This document shows positions 49,826-59,808 of a DNA stretch of 64,000 bases, one piece after another. How positions within the stretch are numbered: the stretch's first letter is position 1; each line of letters begins with the position of its first letter. The position numbers and the translations under genes were made by a program. The notes below the pieces were generated by a model that saw only the letters and a list, made by a program, of their open reading frames with translations, searched no databases and was not told the DNA's origin. Source of the DNA: an uncultured Candidatus Saccharibacteria bacterium. Its GTDB lineage: Bacteria > Patescibacteriota > Saccharimonadia > Saccharimonadales > CAYLGV01. The stretch covers positions 3,656 through 67,655 of the forward strand of contig CAYMZG010000001.1 of NCBI GenBank assembly GCA_964394925.1. Reading direction: 5' to 3'.

Positions 49826-49854
49826 ATAAGCACCCCTGTTGTCAATAGTGCTCA
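49826..49854 (-). promoter_or_regulatory. sigma70-like promoter of the rpsP operon (TTGACA - 17 nt - TAAAAT)
   Basis: Minus strand: TTGACA (49854-49849), 17-nt spacer, TAAAAT (49831-49826). GGAAGGA SD precedes the rpsP ATG. Confidence 0.5.
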
Positions 49855-50060
49855 CTTTGCTTCGTTCATGGGGCCAGTACATACATGTTTTGGGAGGGTA
49901 CGAAAAAATGTGCACGCCGTTATCACGCTGTGGTAACACGGTGGTAACGGCGTTATAACAAATCGACCGTGGCCGAAAAAAGATCCATCAACGTTATTGC
50001 CAAACGGTGATAATCACTGAACGTTGGCAAGTCAAACTTACGCCATCACCATGCAATCAA

Positions 50061-50627
50061 TTAGCTATACACTTTGCCATCAAGGTGGAACTCACCGTGA
50101 TGCCACAGGGTTTCATTCTGTTGAGCAGCCTGGTCAAGACTAATTTGACCAATGTGTGCTTTCAAGTCCGCTATTGTACGTAGGTCACCCTGCTCGCCAA
50201 GTGTTTCCTGATCAAATGCAAGCCATCCGTAATGTTGGGGGTGCATAAGCCCGACTACTGGCACATTGGCATCGTGATTTGTCACCCTACCTGCGTATAT
50301 TCGGTCTGCAGGCATAAAAACTCCACCTTGCCCGCGTTGCCAATAGTCGGTTGTGTGATAAACATCTTTGATTTCATCTACCGTTACCGTAAGTCCTTGA
50401 ACCCAGCGTGGCAATGTTGACACATGCCATTGGTAGTCTAATTCAGCATTTGGATCAACGTACTGTGCAATATTCACATTAACTGAGTCACCGGCCTCAA
50501 GCTCACTGGCTTTACGAACGGGGGCTAGCCCAAACACATTAATATTTGGATGTACTCCTTTTGGCTTTCGGTGCCCTCTGTAGCTAGTGGGGCTATCGGG
50601 CTTTGGGAGTTTAGTAGTTGTTTTCAA
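50061..50627 (-). CDS. hypothetical protein
   Basis: 188-aa ORF with a basic N-terminus, His/Trp-rich. No family recognised. Confidence 0.5.
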   Translation of the reverse strand: MKTTTKLPKPDSPTSYRGHRKPKGVHPNINVFGLAPVRKASELEAGDSVNVNIAQYVDPNAELDYQWHVSTLPRWVQGLTVTVDEIKDVYHTTDYWQRGQGGVFMPADRIYAGRVTNHDANVPVVGLMHPQHYGWLAFDQETLGEQGDLRTIADLKAHIGQISLDQAAQQNETLWHHGEFHLDGKVYS

Positions 50628-50814
50628 TATCTCTAGTCCTTGTCACTGTGATTATACAAAACTATCTCGCGCTTTATATGCTAGAAAGCATACCTCTATT
50701 AGCAAGCTTGGTTAACTATTATACTATTTTATTTATCTTTCTGCAACATCGTGCTCATCAATGCGTTGTTAAAGAAACGCTGCGTCAAAGAGCGTAAAAA
50801 GCTATACTAAAAAC

Positions 50815-51057
50815 ATGACTAAATCTGACCGCTATACCCACATCTTGCTCGGAGAAATCCGTGACCAAAACCGTGCCCTGCTCGAGGGCCAGCGGCAAAT
50901 GCTTGGCGTACCAGCAAAGGTAGACAAAATCGAAGAAGATGTTGCTGAGCTAAAAATTGACATGAAGGCCGTTAAGGCGGCAGTTCGTGCCACCAATGTA
51001 GACCTCCAAGACCACGAACGACGTATTACGAGGCTCGAAGCAACTGCCCAGGCATAA
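50815..51057 (+). CDS. hypothetical 80-aa coiled-coil protein, probably leaderless
   Basis: TATACT at 50803-50808 is 6 nt from the ATG and no SD is visible. Heptad-like sequence (VDKIEEDVAELKIDMKAVKAAV). Confidence 0.4.
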   Translation: MTKSDRYTHILLGEIRDQNRALLEGQRQMLGVPAKVDKIEEDVAELKIDMKAVKAAVRATNVDLQDHERRITRLEATAQA

Positions 51058-51119
51058 GACGACTTACTTATAAGCGCGTACTTAAAAAAGGCTCGTAAAA
51101 CTCTAGTAGCAGAGAAAAA

Positions 51120-51815
51120 CTAGTTGAGGTAACTCTTTAGCGCTTCTTGGGCGGCTGCTACTTGGCCGTTTTGTTTGCTCGGGCCGGTGCCCTTACCCTT
51201 TAATGAACCGTTCACATACACACCAACGGTAAACACTTTATCGTGATCAGGACCTTCTTCGCTGATCACTTTGTAAACAGGGGTGTGTCCTTCGGTACTC
51301 TGTACTAATTCTTGCAAACGACTCTTTGGATCTTGCCATGAGCCAGTTTTAAGAATTTCATCAAAAGTTATCAATAATGTTTCGGTGATAAATGCAGCGG
51401 CAGCGTCATAACCTTGGTCAAGATAAAGCGCCCCAATCACAGCCTCGTAGGCATTGGCCAAAATCTGCAAACGCGCTCGCTCGGTGCCCCGCTTTTCACC
51501 GCGACTCAAACGTAGCAACGGCTCGAATTCACAGCGCTGAGCAGCCGCACCGATACTTTCGGTACGCACCAAGGCACTTCGCCAGTTAGTGAGAACACCT
51601 TCGGGATCCGAGAAATTATCAAACAGATAGGCAGTTGCTACCAGTTCAAGCACGGCGTCACCAAGAAACTCCAAGCGCTCGTTGTGCTCCGAAACGGTCG
51701 ACTTATGCTCGTTTACATACGAACGGTGCGTGAACGCCGTTACCAGCAACGAAACGTCGTTAAACGGACCACCGAGGCGGTCTTGGGCGAATTGTTGGTA
51801 TCGTGCCGTGTCCAT
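51120..51815 (-). CDS. rnc: ribonuclease III
   Basis: Signature ERLEFLGDAVLEL and a C-terminal dsRBD (PKSRLQELVQ...GPSKQNGQVAAAQEAL). Confidence 0.9.
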   Translation of the reverse strand: MDTARYQQFAQDRLGGPFNDVSLLVTAFTHRSYVNEHKSTVSEHNERLEFLGDAVLELVATAYLFDNFSDPEGVLTNWRSALVRTESIGAAAQRCEFEPLLRLSRGEKRGTERARLQILANAYEAVIGALYLDQGYDAAAAFITETLLITFDEILKTGSWQDPKSRLQELVQSTEGHTPVYKVISEEGPDHDKVFTVGVYVNGSLKGKGTGPSKQNGQVAAAQEALKSYLN

Positions 51816-51817
51816 AG

Positions 51818-52318
51818 TTAGTTCTTTGGTAGTTCTCTGATCTTCTTCATAGCGAGCAATATAAGTTTGCCAATGTCGTCATATTCAATTTTATCAAGCG
51901 CGTCATTTGCCGGGAACCATTTGATACCGTTCATCCAGTCTTCTGGCTTAAGCTTGTCGGTATCACCCTTGGCGGCCACCAAAAAAATGTCAGTCGTCAT
52001 GAGCACCAAGCTGCTCATACGACGGTAGCGAAAGTGGATTTTACCAAGCCAATTTAAGACCTTCATCTCTTGCAAACCGGTCTCTTCACGAATCTCACGC
52101 TCGGCGGTTTGCTTGGCAGTTTCACCTTCTTCAATATGTCCTTTTGGAATCGTCCAGCGGTTCTTAGCGTCTTGAATGAGCAGGATTTCAACTTCCTGCT
52201 TTTTGTTATAGCGAAAGATGATGCCGCCGGCGGTTGGCTCACGAACTACTTCACTAATGGTGGGCTTTCGCTTGGTAACGAATTGCTTGATGCCCTGGAT
52301 TGGCTTCGGCCGCTTCAT
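51818..52318 (-). CDS. NUDIX hydrolase
   Basis: Nudix box GHIEEGETAKQTAEREIREETGL. Confidence 0.8.
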   Translation of the reverse strand: MKRPKPIQGIKQFVTKRKPTISEVVREPTAGGIIFRYNKKQEVEILLIQDAKNRWTIPKGHIEEGETAKQTAEREIREETGLQEMKVLNWLGKIHFRYRRMSSLVLMTTDIFLVAAKGDTDKLKPEDWMNGIKWFPANDALDKIEYDDIGKLILLAMKKIRELPKN

Positions 52319-52324
52319 TAAAAC

Positions 52325-52798
52325 CTATGTGGCTTTCCTTTTTGGCGCGGGCTTCTCCTTTACTTCTTTGGTCGCTTCAAGTTGCTTGAGTAGAGAGCCG
52401 AGGACGCCGTTGATAAATTTAGAGGAATTCTCACCACCGAACGCTTTTGCCAGTTCCACAGCCTCATTGATAACTACCTTCGGCGGTATATCATCGCCAT
52501 GCTGCAGTTCATAGGCTCCCATGCGCAGGACAATGCGGTCCATGCGAGCAATCTGACTTATTGGCCACTCGGGCGCTAGTGGCTGCAGTTGTTCGTCGAG
52601 TTGCTCGATGTGCTCACTGACACCCACAACCAGTCGCTGAATGAATTCACGGTCATCTACCGTCTCATGGTAGCGTCGAATATTTCGCTGCGTGACATCA
52701 TCGAGGTCAAAATCAGCATCACCGCACTCACGTCGAAACTCCTGCTCATACAGCGTCTGCAGGGCAATGATTCGACCGAGATGGCGGTTTGCGCTCAT
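52325..52798 (-). CDS. nusB: transcription antitermination factor NusB
   Basis: [13 protein letters not shown]...LRMGAYEL...[25 protein letters not shown]. Confidence 0.85.
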   Translation of the reverse strand: MSANRHLGRIIALQTLYEQEFRRECGDADFDLDDVTQRNIRRYHETVDDREFIQRLVVGVSEHIEQLDEQLQPLAPEWPISQIARMDRIVLRMGAYELQHGDDIPPKVVINEAVELAKAFGGENSSKFINGVLGSLLKQLEATKEVKEKPAPKRKAT

Positions 52799-52848
52799 GT
52801 TGTTAATTCCTTCCCTCTAAGTATACGCTTGTTAAGCGTAGAAAATGC

Positions 52849-53031
52849 TTAGACTTTTGCCGTTTTCTTGGCTGGCTTTACGACAGCTGACAATGCCTTA
52901 CCAGACTCCTTGCGAGTCGTGAAAGCCTTGACGGGGCTCTTAGCATTTACGCTGCGTGCAAGTTCAAGCACGAGGTGACTACGACGAGCGCCAGTACGAC
53001 GGGCAGAAGTTCGTTTCTTAGGTTTTCCCAT
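52849..53031 (-). CDS. rpmF: 50S ribosomal protein L32 (no zinc-ribbon Cys)
   Basis: MGKPKKRTSARRTGARRSHL matches the L32 N-terminal signature. Start at the ATG at 53031, preceded by GAAGGAGA. Confidence 0.7.
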   Translation of the reverse strand: MGKPKKRTSARRTGARRSHLVLELARSVNAKSPVKAFTTRKESGKALSAVVKPAKKTAKV

Positions 53032-53136
53032 AAAAAAACACGTCTCCTTCAAAAATTACGGTAATAATACTTAGCTATAGCGTAGCGCATAAGAGGTAAA
53101 AACTCAAGCGGTCTGGTCGGTTTGACGGCAAGCGCG

Positions 53137-55605
53137 TTACACGACGAAACTAATGAGCTTGCCAGGAACAAAAATGACTTTCTTGATCGTTTGCCCGTCT
53201 AGGTACGCTTGCACGCGTTCGTTAGCCTTAGCTAGCTCTGTTACTTTCGCTTCATCGGCATCGGCAGTAACTTCGAGTTGAGCTCGTACCTTTCCATTAA
53301 CCTGAACCACAATGGTAACCGTATCGCGCACCAGTAGCTTTTCTTCCCAGAGTGGCCACTCGCTAGTGTGGATTGAGCCTTTGTTGCCAAGTTCATGCCA
53401 TAATTCTTCGCTCATATGCGGTGCAAATGGTGCCAACAACTGTAAGAATGTACTTAGAACCACCCGCCATTGCTCGCTGCCAAGTGGCACCGTGGCCTTC
53501 AGTTTGTACAATTCATTCACCAGCTCCATTTGAGCGGCAATTGCAGTATTAAAGCTCATACTGTGCAGATCATCACTCACGCGTTTGATGGTCTTGTGCA
53601 AGGCAACATTCAGATTTTTGCTTTCAGGACCGTCTAATGGGCCGGTTTTGCTTGCTTCAAGCTGTTCTTGTACAAGTGTCCATAAACGCTGCAGGAAGCG
53701 GTGTGTACCGGCGACACCCTCAGGGCTCCAGGGTGTCGTCTGGTCGTATGGTGCCAAGAAGGCAATCGTCAGGCGCATGGCATCCGCCCCATAGCCCGCC
53801 TCAATAACTTCGGTCGGGTTAACAACGTTGCCCTTACTCTTACTCATCTTTGAGCCATCGGTGGCCAAAATAATCCCCTGTCCGCGCCGTGCATGATACG
53901 GTTCGGGTGTTGGCACTAAACCTTGATCGTAGAAGAATTGGTGCCAAAAACGAGAGTACAACAAATGCAACGTGGTGTGCTCCATGCCACCTAGATACAT
54001 GTCAACTTCACCCCAGTATTTGAGCTTGTCGTAATCAGCAAAGGCTTTCTTGTTATGTGCATCGTAGTAACGGAGGTAATACCATGAGGAACCAGCCCAG
54101 TTTGGCATGGTGTCAGTCTCGCGCTTTGCAGGGCCACCACACTCAGGACAGGTTGTATTCACCCAACTGTCGATAGCCGCCAGCGGGCTTTCGCCGGTAT
54201 CCGTTGGCTCGTAATGTTCAACATCTGGCAACGTTACCGGTAGCTGATCGTCTGGCACCGCCACCGCACCATGCTTCTCGCAGTGAACAATCGGGATCGG
54301 CTCACCCCAGTAATGTTGTCGGCTGAAGATCCAGTCGCGTAGCTTAAAGTTTACTTTTTCTTTACCCAAACCCTTTTTTGCTAGGTCAGCCACAATCTTG
54401 TCGCGCGCCCCAGCCGATGGCAGACCGTTGTATGCACCTGAATTAACCATGACACCTTCGCCGTGATAGCACGCTTCGTTATCATGAGATTCGTCGCCTT
54501 GGGGTTCGCCAAATACTGGCTCAACCACCACCTTAATTGGTAGATCATACTTTTTGGCAAAAGCATGATCCCGTTCATCGTGTGCCGGGACGGCCATGAT
54601 AGCCCCGGTGCCATAACCTGTTAATACATAATCGGCAATCCAGATAGGTATTTTTTCACCGTTGACCGGATTGATGGCATGGGCTCCGGTAAATACACCA
54701 GTTTTCTCACGACCGGCATCCTGGCGTTCAATGTCAGATTTAGCCTGTGCCGCTTTAATGTAACTATTTACATGCTCGCGCTGTTTATCGGTCGTAATCT
54801 GCTTCACCAGTGGGTGTTCAGGAGCTAGCACCATAAAGGTTGCTCCAAATAGCGTGTCGGGTCGGGTGGTAAACACCGTCACACTCTCGTCGAAATCATC
54901 AATTACGAAATCGACTTCGGCGCCCTTGCTACGACCGATCCAGTTGATTTGCTGGTCGGCAATACGACTCGGGTAGTCGACGCTTTGCAAGCCATCAATT
55001 AAACGATCGGCATAATCGGTAATACGCAGCATCCACTGCGTCAGCGTTTTCTTTTCAACCAAGGTATCACAGCGCTCGTGGCGTCCGTTAATTACTTCCT
55101 CATTAGCAAGGCCGGTCTTGCAGAAGGGGCACCAATTTATGTCAATCTCAGCCTGATAGGCCATACCATTCTTGTAAAACTGCAAAAATAACCACTGCGT
55201 CCATTTGTAGTAGTTCGGGTCAGTGGTGTTGATACTGCGCGACCAATCAACGCTCAAGCCCATTGCATCGAACTGCTTCTGGAAATTAGCAACGTTTCGC
55301 TCAGTGGCAACTTGAGGAGCAATCTTATTCTTAATGGCGTAGTTTTCGGTTGGCAAGCCAAAAGCGTCATAGCCCATGGGGTAGAGTACATTGTGGCCAT
55401 TCATGCGCTTGTAGCGAGCAATGATGTCACCAAGTGAGTATTCACGCACGTGGCCCATGTGCAGACCGTCACCCGACGGATACGGAAACTCAGTCAGCAT
55501 CACAAACTTCGGGCGCTCGTCAAAGTCCTTTGCTTCATACAGCTTACTGGCCGCCCAGTCTGCTTGCCACTTCTGTTCAATCTCTTTTGGAATGTATCGT
55601 CTCAT
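53137..55605 (-). CDS. leuS: leucine--tRNA ligase
   Basis: 822 aa. HIGH-type HMGHVREY, KMSKSKGN, and a CP1 editing region. Confidence 0.95.
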   Translation of the reverse strand: MRRYIPKEIEQKWQADWAASKLYEAKDFDERPKFVMLTEFPYPSGDGLHMGHVREYSLGDIIARYKRMNGHNVLYPMGYDAFGLPTENYAIKNKIAPQVATERNVANFQKQFDAMGLSVDWSRSINTTDPNYYKWTQWLFLQFYKNGMAYQAEIDINWCPFCKTGLANEEVINGRHERCDTLVEKKTLTQWMLRITDYADRLIDGLQSVDYPSRIADQQINWIGRSKGAEVDFVIDDFDESVTVFTTRPDTLFGATFMVLAPEHPLVKQITTDKQREHVNSYIKAAQAKSDIERQDAGREKTGVFTGAHAINPVNGEKIPIWIADYVLTGYGTGAIMAVPAHDERDHAFAKKYDLPIKVVVEPVFGEPQGDESHDNEACYHGEGVMVNSGAYNGLPSAGARDKIVADLAKKGLGKEKVNFKLRDWIFSRQHYWGEPIPIVHCEKHGAVAVPDDQLPVTLPDVEHYEPTDTGESPLAAIDSWVNTTCPECGGPAKRETDTMPNWAGSSWYYLRYYDAHNKKAFADYDKLKYWGEVDMYLGGMEHTTLHLLYSRFWHQFFYDQGLVPTPEPYHARRGQGIILATDGSKMSKSKGNVVNPTEVIEAGYGADAMRLTIAFLAPYDQTTPWSPEGVAGTHRFLQRLWTLVQEQLEASKTGPLDGPESKNLNVALHKTIKRVSDDLHSMSFNTAIAAQMELVNELYKLKATVPLGSEQWRVVLSTFLQLLAPFAPHMSEELWHELGNKGSIHTSEWPLWEEKLLVRDTVTIVVQVNGKVRAQLEVTADADEAKVTELAKANERVQAYLDGQTIKKVIFVPGKLISFVV

Positions 55606-55690
55606 ATGCCTTACACCTTAGCATAACAGGGGTGGTATTGTCACCTCTTTCGATTCACGCTACACTTAAGGGGCAAAAAGCGAGGGTACT

Positions 55691-56617
55691 ATGTCTTTAT
55701 TTACGTCGACCGAGATCGCACCAGATCTTGTTATGTTTCCTGACGCAGCGCGCGCCTATTATCAACTAGAAACCCGCGATGCCTCACATGCCTCCACGGA
55801 GCTAGAGGCATCCCTCATTGCTCGTTCGGTGGGCCGCGTAGCCATGCCCATCACTCATGGGGATTTCAAACGAGTTATCGCCTCCTTTGAGGCCTGTATC
55901 GAAGAAGTTCCGGATTTATTGGCAGCAACGACCGGTATTGTAGATTACCGAAGAGGTTCCGACGTTGGTTACGTACGGAAGGAACTGAAGATAGAAGATG
56001 GCAAGCAGACTGCCGATCCCAAGAGTTTGTTCCATTTCAATGAGTTAGCTCGAGCGCAGTGGCGAGATGTATTTGCACACGCCCCTGCAGTAATGCGCAC
56101 GTTCCTAAGAGAAGGCGAAGAGCTCCATGATGAATTGACCGAGATTAGCCGCGAGGCGATTGGTGAACTTGAATCGACGCACCCAAACATTGTGGCAGGT
56201 CATTTCCCGTCAGGAGAGATCGAACACCAGTCATTCTCTTTCCTGCGCATCATCTCATATGATGGCTATATTGCCACCGAAGACATGCCTGATGTTGCCA
56301 AGGCACACAACGATATCTCACATTTTACTATTCAAGCCTACGCTGATGCCGCTGGTTTCTGGGGGGCTCGCTCAAAGGATGATGAGCGCATACCGTACGA
56401 TACATTACCAGGTGAGTCATATATGTTCGCTGGCCAGGGCTATCGGAATCTGTATGGTGGCGACAGTCCGATTCAACAGCTCTACCACGGCGTTGCGCGG
56501 CAACACGTACCAGCAGGTACGTTCGTACCACCGCGTCACGCTGTTATTTTGTTCACCGATGCGCCGTACATCGACGCAGATGTTAAAGAGGCCCAGACTC
56601 TGCCCGAACTGTCCTAG
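55691..56617 (+). CDS. hypothetical protein, possibly a 2OG-Fe(II) oxygenase-superfamily member
   Basis: Spacing resembles an HxD...H...R facial triad: AHNDISHFTIQ ... LYHGVAR ... RHAVILF. Weak, by-eye assignment. Confidence 0.45.
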   Translation: MSLFTSTEIAPDLVMFPDAARAYYQLETRDASHASTELEASLIARSVGRVAMPITHGDFKRVIASFEACIEEVPDLLAATTGIVDYRRGSDVGYVRKELKIEDGKQTADPKSLFHFNELARAQWRDVFAHAPAVMRTFLREGEELHDELTEISREAIGELESTHPNIVAGHFPSGEIEHQSFSFLRIISYDGYIATEDMPDVAKAHNDISHFTIQAYADAAGFWGARSKDDERIPYDTLPGESYMFAGQGYRNLYGGDSPIQQLYHGVARQHVPAGTFVPPRHAVILFTDAPYIDADVKEAQTLPELS

Positions 56618-57549
56618 CCGACTTGCAGGCGCCAATCTGAGTGGCGAGCGTCTGCTCCCGTTTGAACATTCTTATACAAAGTAGTGAGTTGGGCGGTAAT
56701 CGGCCCAATCTGTCCGTTGCCAACTGGACGCTTATCCACAGAGAGGATTGGCGTAATCAAAGCGCTACTGCCGCACATAAAGGCTTCATCGGCAGTGTAT
56801 AGTTCACTCCGATCAACCGCTCGCTGATCACACACCAAGCCCTGCTCTTTCGCGAGGGCAATGATACTATCTCGCGTAATGCCCTCCAGCATATCGGTCG
56901 CCGTATCGGGTGTGATCAGGGCACCATTTTTAACCAGAAAGACGTTGGCCACCGTGCCCTCAGTAATGTGACCATGTTCATCGAGTGCAATTGCTTCATC
57001 ATAACCGTTTAAGAGTGCTTCATTTTTCATGAGACTGGCATTCACGTAGCTACCATTTATCTTGGCACGAGATGGTACCGCGTTATCGGCTGTTCGCTGC
57101 CACGACGATACACAAACGTTGATGCCACTACGCGCTAAAATCTCACCCATAGGATACACGTAGGCACTCACGGCGTTCTTGAGCCCGTGAATACGCGTAC
57201 CCGCGACCAATTCGTCTATAAAGACCGTGACGCGTACCAGTACATCTTCTTCGATTTGGTTTCGCTGCAAAAGCTCGAGCATGGTCTCTTCAAACTTCTC
57301 GTACGTCCAGGTTTCGGTGAACTCATGGAAGTCCAAAATCTTGGCGGAATTAATGAGTCGCTGGTAGTGATCTTTTAAGCGAAAGATGGTTAGCTTTTTA
57401 GCATCGGCGTTCCAAGTAACCCCAAACACCGAGTAGATGCTTAGACCATATAAGACCGGCGAACTCGCAATGCTCACATTGGCATCTGCAAAGGGCACGA
57501 AATTACCACGAAAATACGTGGTGCTCTGATTCATATCAAATTGTGTCAT
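56614..57549 (-). CDS. ilvE: branched-chain amino acid aminotransferase (class IV PLP enzyme)
   Basis: VSSWQRTADNAVPSRAKINGSYVNASL...EGTVANVFLVKNGALITP...LEGITRDSII parallels E. coli IlvE. Confidence 0.8.
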   Translation of the reverse strand: MTQFDMNQSTTYFRGNFVPFADANVSIASSPVLYGLSIYSVFGVTWNADAKKLTIFRLKDHYQRLINSAKILDFHEFTETWTYEKFEETMLELLQRNQIEEDVLVRVTVFIDELVAGTRIHGLKNAVSAYVYPMGEILARSGINVCVSSWQRTADNAVPSRAKINGSYVNASLMKNEALLNGYDEAIALDEHGHITEGTVANVFLVKNGALITPDTATDMLEGITRDSIIALAKEQGLVCDQRAVDRSELYTADEAFMCGSSALITPILSVDKRPVGNGQIGPITAQLTTLYKNVQTGADARHSDWRLQVG

Positions 57550-57557
57550 ATCAATTA

Positions 57558-58523
57558 TTATACGGCACGCTGAGCTAATGTTGCCGTAACAATATATTCC
57601 AGCATTTGCGTAAAACTGATGTCAGCGTGAGCAAGCTGCTTGGGCAAAATGCTCGCCTCCGACAAACCTGGTAGCGTGTTAGTCTCTATAAGGTAAATAC
57701 CATTTTCGGCAACAATCATATCCGTCCTCGAATAACCGCGGCAGCCCAGTGCGGCGTGGGCACGTACAGCATAGGCTTGAATCGTCTTAATATGATCAGA
57801 AGCCACATGTTTCGGTGGCGTTAATTCCTCTGCGCCACCTTCACTGTATTTTGACTCATAGTCAAAGAATTCACCCTTCTTGGCAATCAACTCAGTCGGC
57901 ATCAGGGCGGTAGCAACACCATCGATTTCTATAACGCCACAAGATACTTCAACGCCAGCTATAAAAGCCTGGGCCAACACTTTAGTATCGTGTAGTAATG
58001 CCAGGTCATACGCAGGCTGTAACTGTTCGGGCTGTTTTACAATTGAGACACCAACACTTGAGCCTTGCCGAGCGGGTTTTATGACCAATGGTAGCTTCAG
58101 GTCTTTCAGCTCCTCGATTGAACTTACCACTATTGTTTCGGGTTGGGGTAATAACGCAATATCGTAAACCGCCGCCGTCATAGCTTTGTCGAAGGCTAAA
58201 ATACTAGCCGCCGCCGAAGCGCCCGTATGCGGAATATTATTTGTTTCGAGTAAGGCCTGTAGTGTGCCATCTTCACCGAATGTGCCATGCACACCTAAAA
58301 TAGCAATGTCACATAGCGAAGCAAGCTTTGGCAGAGCCTTATCGAGTGGCAACGAAAGGTCAAGCGTCTTAAAATGCCATATATTAGATGTGCTAATCTC
58401 GACCGGCAACACTTCGTAATGAGCCGGCATGTTAGCTAGAATAGCCGCACCGCTTCTGAGTGAGACTTCGTGCTCCGATGACGGTCCACCATACAGAACT
58501 GCAACTTTTAGCTTAGCCTTCAT
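57558..58523 (-). CDS. ddl: D-alanine--D-alanine ligase
   Basis: MKAKLKVAVLYGGPSSEHEVSLRSG, HGTFGEDGTLQ, ATP-grasp core. Start at 58523, overlapping the end of murF; the track start 58595 adds non-homologous residues. Confidence 0.9.
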   Translation of the reverse strand: MKAKLKVAVLYGGPSSEHEVSLRSGAAILANMPAHYEVLPVEISTSNIWHFKTLDLSLPLDKALPKLASLCDIAILGVHGTFGEDGTLQALLETNNIPHTGASAAASILAFDKAMTAAVYDIALLPQPETIVVSSIEELKDLKLPLVIKPARQGSSVGVSIVKQPEQLQPAYDLALLHDTKVLAQAFIAGVEVSCGVIEIDGVATALMPTELIAKKGEFFDYESKYSEGGAEELTPPKHVASDHIKTIQAYAVRAHAALGCRGYSRTDMIVAENGIYLIETNTLPGLSEASILPKQLAHADISFTQMLEYIVTATLAQRAV

Positions 58524-59787
58524 AATCAGCAAATTGTGCTTTCTTCTTGGCAAGCCAGGCAGTGCTTTGGCGGACCAATTTTGATCTATCGGCATTGTTG
58601 GCTAGCAAGAACTTGAGAGACTCTTCAGCAAATACACCATTTTGAGAGCCCTTCACGAGCACCACGGCATTGTTATGTAGCTGTTCGGCAATAAAACGGC
58701 CGGCCGCATAAGGCGAGTCGAAGGTTTTTACCATGCAGCCCTTTTTGGAGGCTGCGGGCGCAGTGTAGGCATTGGCATCTGGACCAAGCGTGAGCACCAG
58801 ATCAAGTTTTTTTGGGTCACAGTGTTCGCCAACTTGCGTGTGCGCAGCAGCTGAATGATCACCTAGTTCATTCATATTGCCAAGCAGGGCAATTCTCTGT
58901 GGGCACTCAATGGAATACAGCGCATCGAGAGCCGCCAATACTGCCTCGGGGCTCGCATTATAGCTGTCATCAAGCAGCAGAGTATCCTCTATGCCACGCA
59001 GCGGCTGCATGCGACCGGGCGCCGGCTTAACAGCTTCGATTCCCTTCTGGATAGCAGATACTTCTAGTCCAAGATGGTCGGCGCAAGCGATTGCCGCGAG
59101 CACTGAGTATAAGATTGATTCAGCGTAGCCATCAACAACAGCTTTTAGTAAGGCACGCCCCTCTTTGGTGACAGTACCCGAAAAATGATCACCACCAAAA
59201 CTCCTACGGATTATCTGATAGTTGGCTTCGTTAAAGCCATACGTCGTAACATTGTCGAGCTTGTCTATATACTGTGCTGTCAGGTCGAGGTTAGCAATCA
59301 CTGCATTTGCAAAGCTAGCAACACTCAGCTCCTCGGTGGCGACCGCTTCAAGGGTGCCAAAATACTCCATGTGCTCAGGAGCAATTGCCGTCAGAACCGC
59401 TATATCAAGGTGTAGATACTTCTGAAAATCGGCGAGCTGTCCGGGCCCGTCAGTACCCAGCTCAACCACAACAACGTCGTACGGAAAACTGCCCCGAATC
59501 GTCCGCTCATTAGCCAAGAAGATTCGTAGCCAAGCTAACGGGTTCAGTAGGTTCGGCGGGTTTTGGTGCCCAAAAAAGACCAGTGGCACCGTGACGATAT
59601 CGTTATAATTGCCTTCTTGCGAACGAACACGAAATGAGGCGCCAAGCAGCTGGGTAATGGCAAACTTGGTGCTCGTTTTGCCAATGCTACCCGCCACACC
59701 AATTACCGTCACCGACTGTTTAGCGAGCAGCCGTCGAACCTGTGAGCCAAGTAGCCATACAATTATGGCCTTGGGGATTCGTTTCAT
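58513..59787 (-). CDS. murF: UDP-N-acetylmuramoyl-tripeptide--D-alanyl-D-alanine ligase
   Basis: Mur-ligase P-loop GVAGSIGKTSTK, DDSYNASPEA, and synteny with ddl. Confidence 0.85.
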   Translation of the reverse strand: MKRIPKAIIVWLLGSQVRRLLAKQSVTVIGVAGSIGKTSTKFAITQLLGASFRVRSQEGNYNDIVTVPLVFFGHQNPPNLLNPLAWLRIFLANERTIRGSFPYDVVVVELGTDGPGQLADFQKYLHLDIAVLTAIAPEHMEYFGTLEAVATEELSVASFANAVIANLDLTAQYIDKLDNVTTYGFNEANYQIIRRSFGGDHFSGTVTKEGRALLKAVVDGYAESILYSVLAAIACADHLGLEVSAIQKGIEAVKPAPGRMQPLRGIEDTLLLDDSYNASPEAVLAALDALYSIECPQRIALLGNMNELGDHSAAAHTQVGEHCDPKKLDLVLTLGPDANAYTAPAASKKGCMVKTFDSPYAAGRFIAEQLHNNAVVLVKGSQNGVFAEESLKFLLANNADRSKLVRQSTAWLAKKKAQFADYEG

Positions 59788-59808
59788 ATATTTAAGTATA
59801 CGATATCG

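Noticed and set aside
55606-55690. T-box leader upstream of leuS
   Set aside because: Only 85 nt separate leuS from the divergent gene. That is too short for a T-box (typically around 200 nt or more), and no specifier/antiterminator architecture was seen.
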